DNA of 23,084 bases from Myxococcota bacterium (lineage in GTDB: Bacteria; Myxococcota_A; Polyangia; Polyangiales; Houyiibacteriaceae), in assembly GCA_039030515.1 (NCBI GenBank), contig JBCCEA010000051.1, positions 1-23,084 of the forward strand, written 5' to 3'. Of this stretch, positions 8,668 to 16,841 are shown in pieces. How positions within the stretch are numbered: the first letter of the stretch is position 1; every line of letters begins with the position of its first letter. The notes below the pieces were generated by a model. That model was not told the origin of the DNA and searched no databases. It saw only the letters and a program-made list of their open reading frames with translations. A program made the position numbers and the translations under genes.

Positions 8668-9827
8668 AAAAGCGTGTCGTATTTTTGAGCGGTACTCGGG
8701 CAGACTTTGGAAAAATCAAGTCGTTGATTCGCACGCTACTACAGCCACCGTTTCAGTTTGATGTGCATATATTTGCGACAGGAATGCACATGGAGCCTAA
8801 GTACGGCTTCACCGTCGAAGAGATTCAAAAGTGCGGCTTTCCCAATATCTACCGCTTTATCAATCAGTCGAGCCAGGGACTGATGGACAGGAGCCTTGCG
8901 CATACGGTTCTCGGGTTTGGAGACTACGTCCGCTTGATTCAGCCCGATCTTATCGTGGTGCACGGTGATCGAGTGGAGGCTCTTGCGGGAGCCATGGTGG
9001 GCGCGCTGAGCAATGTTCGGGTGGCGCATATCGAGGGCGGCGAGATCTCCGGAACGGTCGACGAACTGATTCGTCACTCCGTCACCAAAATGAGCCACAT
9101 TCACTTCGTTTCCAACGAAGAAGCCAAACGCCGTCTGGTTCAGCTTGGTGAGCCGGAGCCGAGCATTCACGTCATCGGATCTCCCGATGTCGACATCATG
9201 AACTCTCCGGATTTGCCGAGCCTTGACGAGGTCAAAGCCTACTACGAGATCGATTTTGACCGCTACGGCATCCTCGTATTTCATCCGGTAACCACGAGTG
9301 TCGACGGGCTTCGCGAGGAAACTCGTGCGCTGCTGCACGGCGTACTCGATTCCGGGCGCAACTGGGTCGCCATCTACCCCAATAGCGATCTTGGCTCCGA
9401 CATCATCTTGGAAGAATACGATCGATTGCTGAGAGATCGGGTCGAGGTGCGTCTCTTTCCTTCCTTGCGGTTTGAGTCGATGCTGGTGTTGCTCAAATAC
9501 GCTGAGCTGATCGTCGGCAACTCCTCGATGGGTATCCGCGAAGCTCCCTATTACGGGGTGCCGACGGTCAATGTCGGATCCCGGCAGGCGGGTCGAAGCG
9601 CGAACCCAAACATCGTGACCGTAGCCCCAGCCTATGACGAAGTGCGCGGGGCGATCGACCGCGCGGCTCAGTTGCGCACCTGGCTCAAGCCCGTGCAGGA
9701 GTTTGGCCGTGGAGACAGTCATCAGCGCTTTCGAGCGGTTTTAGAGCGTGGGGATATTTGGGGCATCAGCGTGCAAAAACAGTTTTGCGATTTGCCGATC
9801 ACCGCTTTCGATCGAAATGCCGCATGA
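8664..9827 (+). CDS. neuC: Hydrolysing UDP-GlcNAc 2-epimerase (NeuC/SiaA-like)
   Basis: GTRADFGK, TGMH, VHGDR.EALAGA, HIEGGE.SGTVDELIRHS, IGSPD.D, FHPVTT, YPNSD.G, GNSS.GIREAP. TTG start at 8664 overlaps the neuB stop (TTGA). Confidence 0.95.
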   Translation: MKKRVVFLSGTRADFGKIKSLIRTLLQPPFQFDVHIFATGMHMEPKYGFTVEEIQKCGFPNIYRFINQSSQGLMDRSLAHTVLGFGDYVRLIQPDLIVVHGDRVEALAGAMVGALSNVRVAHIEGGEISGTVDELIRHSVTKMSHIHFVSNEEAKRRLVQLGEPEPSIHVIGSPDVDIMNSPDLPSLDEVKAYYEIDFDRYGILVFHPVTTSVDGLREETRALLHGVLDSGRNWVAIYPNSDLGSDIILEEYDRLLRDRVEVRLFPSLRFESMLVLLKYAELIVGNSSMGIREAPYYGVPTVNVGSRQAGRSANPNIVTVAPAYDEVRGAIDRAAQLRTWLKPVQEFGRGDSHQRFRAVLERGDIWGISVQKQFCDLPITAFDRNAA

Positions 9828-10585
9828 GAAGACTCAGTGAAACTCTTGGCCAAACCCTCGCGGTCATTCCCGCTCGAGGAGGGTCTCGAGGGATTCCTCA
9901 AAAAAATATCGCTCCGGTTTTTGGACGCCCGCTGCTCGCTTGGACCATCGAGGCTGCTCTCAAGGCCGATGAGATCGACCGGGTCGTGGTATCGAGCGAC
10001 TGTGACGAGGTCCTCAAAGTTGCCCGTCGATGGGGTGCAGAGCCGCTGCACAGGCCTAAAGAGCTTGCAACCGACATCTGCGCAAGCGAGCCGGTCCTAG
10101 GGCATGCCTTTTCTACGCTCCAGTCAGAGGGAGCCAACGTCGAGACGCTCGTCTTGCTGCAGCCGACTTCGCCGCTCCGGGATGCGGGCCATATCGACGA
10201 GGCACTTGCGCTCTTGGGCGCCGGGGTGAACGCAGTGATCAGCGTGTACGAGCCACGGCATTCACCCCATAAATGCCTGCAGTTGAGCCCGAGCGGCAGC
10301 CTTCAAGGCCTGGTCGACGAGGATGCGCCTTTTCGTCGACGACAAGATCTGCCGATGGCCCTTATGCCGAACGGTGCGATCTACGCGATCACTGCGGAGG
10401 CATTTCGGCAAACGCGAAGGCTTTTGACCGATCGTACGGCGCCCTACATCATGGCCGCCCACTTGAGTTTGGACATCGATACCCCGAAAGACCTGCAGGA
10501 GGCAGAGCGTCGATTGCGCACGCTGAGGCCCGCCTCGGTTGGGCTCAGCACGAGACGACGATCGACACTATTCAATTCGCTGTGA
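9824..10585 (+). CDS. neuA: Acylneuraminate cytidylyltransferase (CMP-sialic acid synthetase)
   Basis: AVIPARGGSRGIPQKNI, RP.ELATD, LLQPTSPLR, RQDLP, PNGAIY, SLDIDT..D. ATG 9824 overlaps the neuC stop (ATGA). Confidence 0.93.
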   Translation: MRRLSETLGQTLAVIPARGGSRGIPQKNIAPVFGRPLLAWTIEAALKADEIDRVVVSSDCDEVLKVARRWGAEPLHRPKELATDICASEPVLGHAFSTLQSEGANVETLVLLQPTSPLRDAGHIDEALALLGAGVNAVISVYEPRHSPHKCLQLSPSGSLQGLVDEDAPFRRRQDLPMALMPNGAIYAITAEAFRQTRRLLTDRTAPYIMAAHLSLDIDTPKDLQEAERRLRTLRPASVGLSTRRRSTLFNSL

Positions 10586-10688
10586 TGAATCAGGCCGGCC
10601 GCAGCGATTCGACACCTCGAGGGCGAGGGCGACCTCAGGCTGCCGCAGCTTACGGTCTGTGCGTTTCCATTCGATCGCTTCCGGTAGC

Positions 10689-11351
10689 TCAGGGTTTGAT
10701 CAGATAGGCGGTAGGGGTTCGGGCCCAGGGAAGGGTCTTGAGGACCACCTCTTCTTGGGCAAAGAACCGATCGACGGCCTGACTCTCAGTCCACTTGTCT
10801 ACGGCGTACTCATCGAAGAGCACCAAACCACCCCGGGCGAGCCTCGGCCAAAATACTTCAAGTGCGGCCTCGGTCGGCGCGGCGAGATCGAAGTCGAGAT
10901 GCAGCAGGCTGATACGAAAGCCGGGATGCGAAGCGCAGTATGCCGCTCCCGTGTGCTGAATATCGCCGGGAACCAGTCGGCACCGCGGCTCCTGTCCGGC
11001 CGCCCTTAGGTACGCTTCGATATGCGCGGGTGAGAAGTCTTCAGGATAGTTCGCTTCGTCGAGCAGCTCGCGAACCGCGGACTGTTCGCCCTCTTCTGCA
11101 TGGTCTGCGAACCCCTGAAAAAGGTCGAATCCGATCACCTTCTTGTTGGAACCAGGAGCAAATATCGCGAGAAGCTTTGCCCAAAGTAAAAGCCCGGAGC
11201 CTTTGAATACGCCGCACTCGACGATGTCTCCCGGGATCTCGAGCACCCGACGAAAAAACTCGGCGCGGACCAGAATCTTCCGCAGTCGCTCTACGTCTGG
11301 TCCGGTCGTCAGGAGATTGTAGGCATCCCAAAGCTTTTGATCTTCACCCAT
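10689..11351 (-). CDS. TylF/MycF/NovP-family sugar O-methyltransferase
   Basis: PGDIVECGVFKGSG, VIGFDLFQGF, ISLLHLDFDL..PT..AL...WPRL..GGLVLFDEY, ES.AVD.F. Confidence 0.85.
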   Translation of the reverse strand: MGEDQKLWDAYNLLTTGPDVERLRKILVRAEFFRRVLEIPGDIVECGVFKGSGLLLWAKLLAIFAPGSNKKVIGFDLFQGFADHAEEGEQSAVRELLDEANYPEDFSPAHIEAYLRAAGQEPRCRLVPGDIQHTGAAYCASHPGFRISLLHLDFDLAAPTEAALEVFWPRLARGGLVLFDEYAVDKWTESQAVDRFFAQEEVVLKTLPWARTPTAYLIKP

Positions 11352-11423
11352 AGCCTCGGACGCTAAACCGAAGCGTTACGTATTCCCAACTCTGTGCGCT
11401 CCTTCCTTTGCAAAGTACTTTCG

Positions 11424-11458
11424 CGATACCGCTGTGCGCACCCACGATACCGCTGTGC
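11424..11458. repeat. 14-bp direct repeat with 21-bp period in the divergent TylF/hemE intergenic region
   Basis: CGATACCGCTGTGC at 11424-11437 and 11445-11458. Confidence 0.75.
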
Positions 11459-11489
11459 CGCTGCATCGTTTTTGTGGATACTGCCTGCA

Positions 11490-12527
11490 ATGAGCGCGTT
11501 TTTGTCAGCCTGTCGCAGAGAGCCGGTCGACCACACTCCTATTTGGATCATGCGTCAGGCCGGACGTTATCAACCGGAGTATCGGGAGCTTCGATCCAAA
11601 GTGAGCTTTCTCGAACTGTGTAAGACGCCTGAGCTTGCGGCCCAGGTGACGCTGCAGGCGGTGGAGCAACTCGGCGTCGATGCTGGAATTATTTTTGCGG
11701 ATATTCTGCTAATTCTTGAGCCTCTCGGGGTTGGATTTGAGTTTGCGAAAGACCACGGACCGAGAATCCATCATCCGGTGCGCACGGCCGCCCAGGTAGA
11801 TGCGCTGCCGGAACAGATCGATGCTGGCGCCAGTTTGTCCTTCGTGATGGATGCGATCCGCTTGGTGAAGCGAGATATCAAGGTGCCACTCATCGGATTC
11901 TGTGGTGCCCCGTTCACGCTTGCGAGCTACGTCATCGAAGGTAGGGGCACGAAGAACTACTATGAGACCAAGCGGCTCATGTACGGAGATCCGGGCCTCT
12001 GGAACGCTCTGATGACCAAGTTGGTGGACGCGCTAGTCGGCTACCTGCAGGCGCAGATCGACGCGGGGGCAGATGCGGTGCAGGTGTTTGATTCTTGGGT
12101 CGGGTGTCTCGGGCCTCAAGACTACCGCAGGTATATTCAGCCTCACATGCATCGCCTTTTTGCAGCGCTGCCAAAGAGCACCCCCAGCATTCACTTCGGG
12201 ACTGGAAATCCGAGTTTGTATCCCCTGATGAAAGAGGCAGGAGGTGACGTTGTCGGTCTGGATTGGCGAGTAGACCTCGGCGAGACCTGGACGGCGCTAG
12301 GTAAGGACGAGGTAGCCGTGATGGGAAACCTCGACCCGGCCAGTTTGCTCGCACCCCGTCCGGTGATGAAGCAGCGGGCCCAGCAGATCCTCGAGTCGGC
12401 AGGCGGCGTCCCGGGACATATTTTCAATCTAGGGCACGGAATCATGCCCGAAGCGGAAGTGGCGGCGGCGCAGGAACTCATCGCCTATGTTCACGAGGCG
12501 AGCGCAGGCCTCAAGACGCCGGCCTGA
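11490..12527 (+). CDS. hemE: Uroporphyrinogen decarboxylase
   Basis: FL.ACR.E.V..TPIWIMRQAGRY, DAGIIFADIL, PLIGFCGAPFTLASY, QVFDSW, GNLDP, HIFNLGHG. ATG 11490 matches the usual N-terminus. Confidence 0.97.
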   Translation: MSAFLSACRREPVDHTPIWIMRQAGRYQPEYRELRSKVSFLELCKTPELAAQVTLQAVEQLGVDAGIIFADILLILEPLGVGFEFAKDHGPRIHHPVRTAAQVDALPEQIDAGASLSFVMDAIRLVKRDIKVPLIGFCGAPFTLASYVIEGRGTKNYYETKRLMYGDPGLWNALMTKLVDALVGYLQAQIDAGADAVQVFDSWVGCLGPQDYRRYIQPHMHRLFAALPKSTPSIHFGTGNPSLYPLMKEAGGDVVGLDWRVDLGETWTALGKDEVAVMGNLDPASLLAPRPVMKQRAQQILESAGGVPGHIFNLGHGIMPEAEVAAAQELIAYVHEASAGLKTPA

Positions 12528-12660
12528 GGCGAAGGGTCGACCCCTCCAAGGCGTCAGCTTTCGCCAGACGAGTCGTAGTTCGATGACGGTTGCAGGATAC
12601 GCCTCGGCCCTATGATTTCTCAGCCAAGCTGCTAGCGGCGCATCGCATTTAGGAGGCTTT

Positions 12661-14211
12661 TTGAGTCCGCATTCACTCGTAATAGTTGGGGGAGGGATTA
12701 CCGGGCTTGCTGCGGCGTTTCGGGCCCTGGAGCTCGAACCGTCGCGAAGCGTGGTCGTTTTAGAAGCGTCCTCTCGCGCTGGAGGGCTGCTTCAGACCGA
12801 GCGAACCGACGATGGGTACATCATCGAGAGAGGTCCGGACTCGATGATCACGACCAAGCCGGCGGCCCTCTCGCTCGCTCTGCGGTTGGGCCTTGGCGAT
12901 GAAATCGTCCGCACGCGTACCGAAGGCGCGTACGGAGCCTACGTGGTGTCTCGGGGTCGGTTGCAGCGTATTCCGGATGGGTTTTCGGTTGTCGCACCGA
13001 CCAAAATTTCGCCCTTGATGCGGTCTGGACTGCTGTCGACCTTTGGAACGCTTCGGGCCGCCGCCGAGGTCTTGCTGCCTCAAGGGTATGGTCTGTCGCC
13101 TTCCTCAGCCCTGAGTTCTGCCGATGAAAGCCTGGCCTCTTTCGTGCGACGTCGCTACGGTGCAGAACTGCTCGAGCGACTTGCCCAGCCTTTGGCGGGC
13201 GGCATTTATGGAGCCGATCCCGAAGAGCTTAGCCTGAGCGCAACGATGCCTCGCTTTTTGCAGCTGGAGCGCCTTTACGGGAGTGTGACTCGAGGTCTTC
13301 GGCGTACGTCTCGGCAGCCGGGACAGCAGGCAAGCGGAGCGCGCTACGGTTTGTTCATCAGTTTCCGCCAAGGGATTGCGGCGCTTCCCGAGCGTTTGGC
13401 GCAGCTTCTTGGCGATCGCGTTCGACTGTCGACCCCGGTGGAGCGCATCGAAAAGAAAGCCGGCGGCGGCTATCGAGTGCATACCGCTGGAGCTGTGAGC
13501 TGGGATGCCGGCGCGGTACTGCTCGCCATGCCCGCATCTAAGGCGGCCGGATTGTTGCAGGATTCATTCCCCGAGATTTCGAATTCGCTAAAGCATATTG
13601 AATACGGTTCGGCGGCGACCGTGAGCTTTGGGTTCTCTCGTAGCGATGTGCCGCATCCCTTAGACGCTTACGGCTTTGTGGTGCCGTCTGTGGAGCGGCG
13701 GGTGGTGCTCGCCTCGACCTGGGCGAGTGCGAAATGGCCTGGGCGGGCGCCTCTGGGGAAGGTACTGATCCGAGTTTTTCTCGGCGGAGCGGACTACCCG
13801 GACATCGATGATTGGGACGAATCCACGCTCATCCTCGCTGCCAGGCGGGGACTCCGCGATCTGATGGGGGTTGTGGCAGATCCGGAGCTCGTTCGAGTCG
13901 ATCGCTATGTTCGATCCATGCCTCGGTACTGCACAGGGCATCAGGCACGGGTTGCGCAGATCATGGGCTCTTTGGGTCTGCGTGACTCGGGCGACCCGGG
14001 CGACCCGTCGAGTTCGCTCGGTCCGCAAGAAACGCTCCATCTGACCGAACGCTTCGAGAAGAACGCCCCCACGACCGGTCTTTTTCTCGCGGGAAACGCC
14101 TACTCCGGCGTCGGGATACCCAATTCGATCGCCAGCGGCGAACGGGCTGCGGAGTTGGCGCTACAGGAGCTTTGCCGAATCGAATCGAGCCGCGCCCTTT
14201 TGAATGCGTGA
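12661..14211 (+). CDS. hemG: HemY-type FAD-dependent proto-/coproporphyrinogen oxidase
   Basis: IVGGGITGLAAA FAD motif, ERGPDS, DESLASFVRRR.G, PLAGGIYGADP, YGFVVP, S.KWPGRAP, LAGNAY.GVGIP. AGGAGG at 12651-12656 precedes the TTG start. Confidence 0.93.
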   Translation: MSPHSLVIVGGGITGLAAAFRALELEPSRSVVVLEASSRAGGLLQTERTDDGYIIERGPDSMITTKPAALSLALRLGLGDEIVRTRTEGAYGAYVVSRGRLQRIPDGFSVVAPTKISPLMRSGLLSTFGTLRAAAEVLLPQGYGLSPSSALSSADESLASFVRRRYGAELLERLAQPLAGGIYGADPEELSLSATMPRFLQLERLYGSVTRGLRRTSRQPGQQASGARYGLFISFRQGIAALPERLAQLLGDRVRLSTPVERIEKKAGGGYRVHTAGAVSWDAGAVLLAMPASKAAGLLQDSFPEISNSLKHIEYGSAATVSFGFSRSDVPHPLDAYGFVVPSVERRVVLASTWASAKWPGRAPLGKVLIRVFLGGADYPDIDDWDESTLILAARRGLRDLMGVVADPELVRVDRYVRSMPRYCTGHQARVAQIMGSLGLRDSGDPGDPSSSLGPQETLHLTERFEKNAPTTGLFLAGNAYSGVGIPNSIASGERAAELALQELCRIESSRALLNA

Positions 14212-14230
14212 ACGCGGATACGCCTCTCTA

Positions 14231-14293
14231 CTTGAGGTGAATTACAGAGGACTCGAGGTGAATTACGGAGGACCCAAGGCGAACTAAGAGAGC
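14231..14293. repeat. 21-bp tandem repeat (2 near-identical copies plus 1 degenerate) downstream of hemG
   Basis: CTTGAGGTGAATTACAGAGGA / CTCGAGGTGAATTACGGAGGA / CCCAAGGCGAACTAAGAGAGC. Confidence 0.75.
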
Positions 14294-14445
14294 GGTCTGG
14301 TCTGAACTGTCTTGCTGCGCGCGTAGCACGCTGTCATTCGCCGTGGACCGTGATAGCCTTCGAAATAAGGGAATCTTTTCGCGCCCAGCGTTCGAGCTGG
14401 GATCGAATTGCAAAGCTGCGCTGTTGCGCTCCGAGGAAAGAGACC

Positions 14446-16527
14446 ATGCACCAACCGACTTCTGTCACGCCACGTTGCGAGGTGAGCGTGTCCAATCGCT
14501 TCTCGGAGGTTCGCGTACTGCCTCAGCGCTCGCTGCTTCCGGCACGGTCGACCACCTTCGCGGCGTCCATCACCCTTGCGGCATCGATCACCCTCGCGGC
14601 TTGCGGTCCGAGTCAAGGATCGATGAATCCTCGCTACGTAACCGTGCACAATGTGCTCGCGGCGATGGGTCTGAGTCAGACGGGAGCCATCAGCGAAGGT
14701 TCGTTGCCGGCGGGCGGTGAATCGAAGATCCAGGTTTCGCTCCCCTCAGGTCAGTGTCACACCTTTGTCGCCCTGGGCAGCGGCGCAGTCTCGGACATCG
14801 ATCTGGTTGTTCGCGAGGCTTCCGGTGAAGTCGTGGCGCGCGACGCGACTCATGACGCCCAGGCCGCGGCCCAACTGTGCACCACAATGAGTGGGGACTA
14901 CGAAGTGACTGTTTCGATGGCGGATGGGGCAGGAGGCTACACGCTCTCATCGTGGTCCGGCGAGGACGGTGCGGGAGGTGGTGTCCTGGCTGCGAATCGC
15001 GGTCGCGGAAGCTGCAGCCAGCCGCTTGCCTTTGAATCGGGCGCTGAGATTGCCGGTGACACGCGAGGAGGCGTCGATGCGATGCAGGGCAGCTGTGTTG
15101 ATGGCGCTTCACCGGAAGTCGTACACAGCTTTCAACTGGCATCCCGCGCTCAGGTCACGGTGAGCTTGCAGTCGTCCTTTGATGGGGCGCTCTACATTCA
15201 ATCACGCTGTGGAGACGCTTCGACTGAAGTTGCCTGCAACGACGACTTTCAAGACACTTCAAACTCTCGCCTTGTAGCGACTCTGGATGAGGGCGAGTAC
15301 TTCGTGGTTGTCGACGGATACGGTCAGGGTGCGGGTCAATACCAGTTGTCCATGGGCGTCCGCGAGTTGCGTCCACTGGCCGAGGTATGTCGTGATGCGG
15401 CCCCACTCACCTTTGGTCAATCGATCTCCGGAAGCACTGCGGAAGCAGCCGACTATTTTCATGCCTCCTGCGCGGGAGGGACACAGTCCCCCGATCAGCT
15501 GTACCGCTTGGAGGTTTCTGAGCGCTCTCGACTCCGGGCACAGATGGAAAGCGATCACGATGGGGCGCTCCACCTGCGCAGCTCTTGCGAAGATCCCAAC
15601 TCCGAGTTGCTGTGCAACGATGATTTCCGAGATCAAAGTCATTCTGTCGTGTCTTCAGTCGTCGAACCTGGCGAATATTTCCTCATCGCTGATGGATTCC
15701 GCGAAGCTCAGTTTGGCTCCTTCAACCTCATCGCGGAGCTCGCTCCGGTGCAGGGCTCCAGTGTGGTTGGGGACAGTTGTGAGTACCTCGCTCGGGTACC
15801 GATTCGCGAGACGCTGAGTGCCGATACCTTTCAAGCCACCGACGCCTTTGAAGGTTCTTGCGGAGGGCAGGGAGGAGCCGACCTTGCGTATCTCATCGAG
15901 TCCCGAGGCCGAAGCCGACTGAGGGTTCAAGCTCGGCATCCAGAATTTTCTGGCGTGATGTACGTACAGCGAACCTGCGGGGACGGGGCGAGTGAGGTGG
16001 CTTGTGCTGCGCTTCCTGAGGGAGAAGACACCGGTGGTGTACTCGAAACGGTTTTGGAGCGCGGCGAATACGTACTCGTCATCGACGGTCAGGGAGAAGA
16101 CGCGTTCGGAAATGTCGATCTAGAAGTATCCTTGGATGATCTAGCCACCCTTGAACGAGCCTGCCGTACGGCTCCGCTGTTGCAAAATGGACAAAGGGTT
16201 TCTGGGAGTACTGCGGAAGCATCCGATGATTTCCATGCGACCTGCGCCATGGGCGCGGCAAGTCCCGACAAGGTTTATCGCATTCGAGTACCCAGAAGGT
16301 CGGCGCTGCGTGTCGATATGGAGAGTGACTATGACGGCGCGCTCTTCTTACGCCGATCGTGCATCGATGCTGCTTCGGAGCTCGCATGCAACGACGATCA
16401 TGAAGACAATCGGCATTCCCGAATCGAAACCACCGTCGATGCGGGAACCTACTACCTCGTGGTCGACGGTTTCCGGTCGGGCAGTAGTGGTCATTTCGAT
16501 CTCGAAGTGGATGTCTCGAGACCGTAG
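14446..16527 (+). CDS. Cys-rich lipoprotein with an N-terminal PPC-like domain and four ~125-aa PPC-like repeats
   Basis: Lipobox LAAC (Cys codon at 14602). The repeat C...PL..G..ISGST..A.D.F.A.C...SPD.VY...DGAL.L...C.D...E.ACNDD......S......G.Y.LV.DG starts near 15007, 15385, 15772 and 16159. GAGGA precedes ATG 14446, but the start could be a downstream GTG. Confidence 0.8.
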   Translation: MHQPTSVTPRCEVSVSNRFSEVRVLPQRSLLPARSTTFAASITLAASITLAACGPSQGSMNPRYVTVHNVLAAMGLSQTGAISEGSLPAGGESKIQVSLPSGQCHTFVALGSGAVSDIDLVVREASGEVVARDATHDAQAAAQLCTTMSGDYEVTVSMADGAGGYTLSSWSGEDGAGGGVLAANRGRGSCSQPLAFESGAEIAGDTRGGVDAMQGSCVDGASPEVVHSFQLASRAQVTVSLQSSFDGALYIQSRCGDASTEVACNDDFQDTSNSRLVATLDEGEYFVVVDGYGQGAGQYQLSMGVRELRPLAEVCRDAAPLTFGQSISGSTAEAADYFHASCAGGTQSPDQLYRLEVSERSRLRAQMESDHDGALHLRSSCEDPNSELLCNDDFRDQSHSVVSSVVEPGEYFLIADGFREAQFGSFNLIAELAPVQGSSVVGDSCEYLARVPIRETLSADTFQATDAFEGSCGGQGGADLAYLIESRGRSRLRVQARHPEFSGVMYVQRTCGDGASEVACAALPEGEDTGGVLETVLERGEYVLVIDGQGEDAFGNVDLEVSLDDLATLERACRTAPLLQNGQRVSGSTAEASDDFHATCAMGAASPDKVYRIRVPRRSALRVDMESDYDGALFLRRSCIDAASELACNDDHEDNRHSRIETTVDAGTYYLVVDGFRSGSSGHFDLEVDVSRP

Positions 16528-16549
16528 TGCGTGCTCGAGACCGTAGTGC
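16515..16549. repeat. 16-bp direct repeat duplicating the lipoprotein gene 3' end and stop codon
   Basis: CTCGAGACCGTAGTGC at 16515-16530 and 16534-16549. Confidence 0.8.
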
Positions 16550-16841
16550 TTCATTGAGCTGTTGACGCTCCGGGCTTGCAGCGCTGTTTTTTGCTGTTGC
16601 AAGCGGCGTTGGCTAGCCTGTCCTACAGGTCCTGTGTCCACCTCACTGCCAGAACACGACGACTCCTCAAGGAGCGCCATCCAAGTCGAACGCGACGCTG
16701 GTGCTGACTTAGGCGGCAGTATTCAGCACGGTGGACGGTCTGGCAGGGCGGCCCCACCTCGACAAAGAGTCACGCGACCATCCGGAGCGTCGCTTTGGGG
16801 GGCGCCGGATTTGTGATGTCCTTCAGCAAAAGACCTCTAGG

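Noticed and set aside
16574..16604. Intrinsic terminator after the lipoprotein gene
   Set aside because: An imperfect hairpin (GCTTGCAGC/GTTGCAAGC) is present, but the T-run lies in the loop rather than after the stem.
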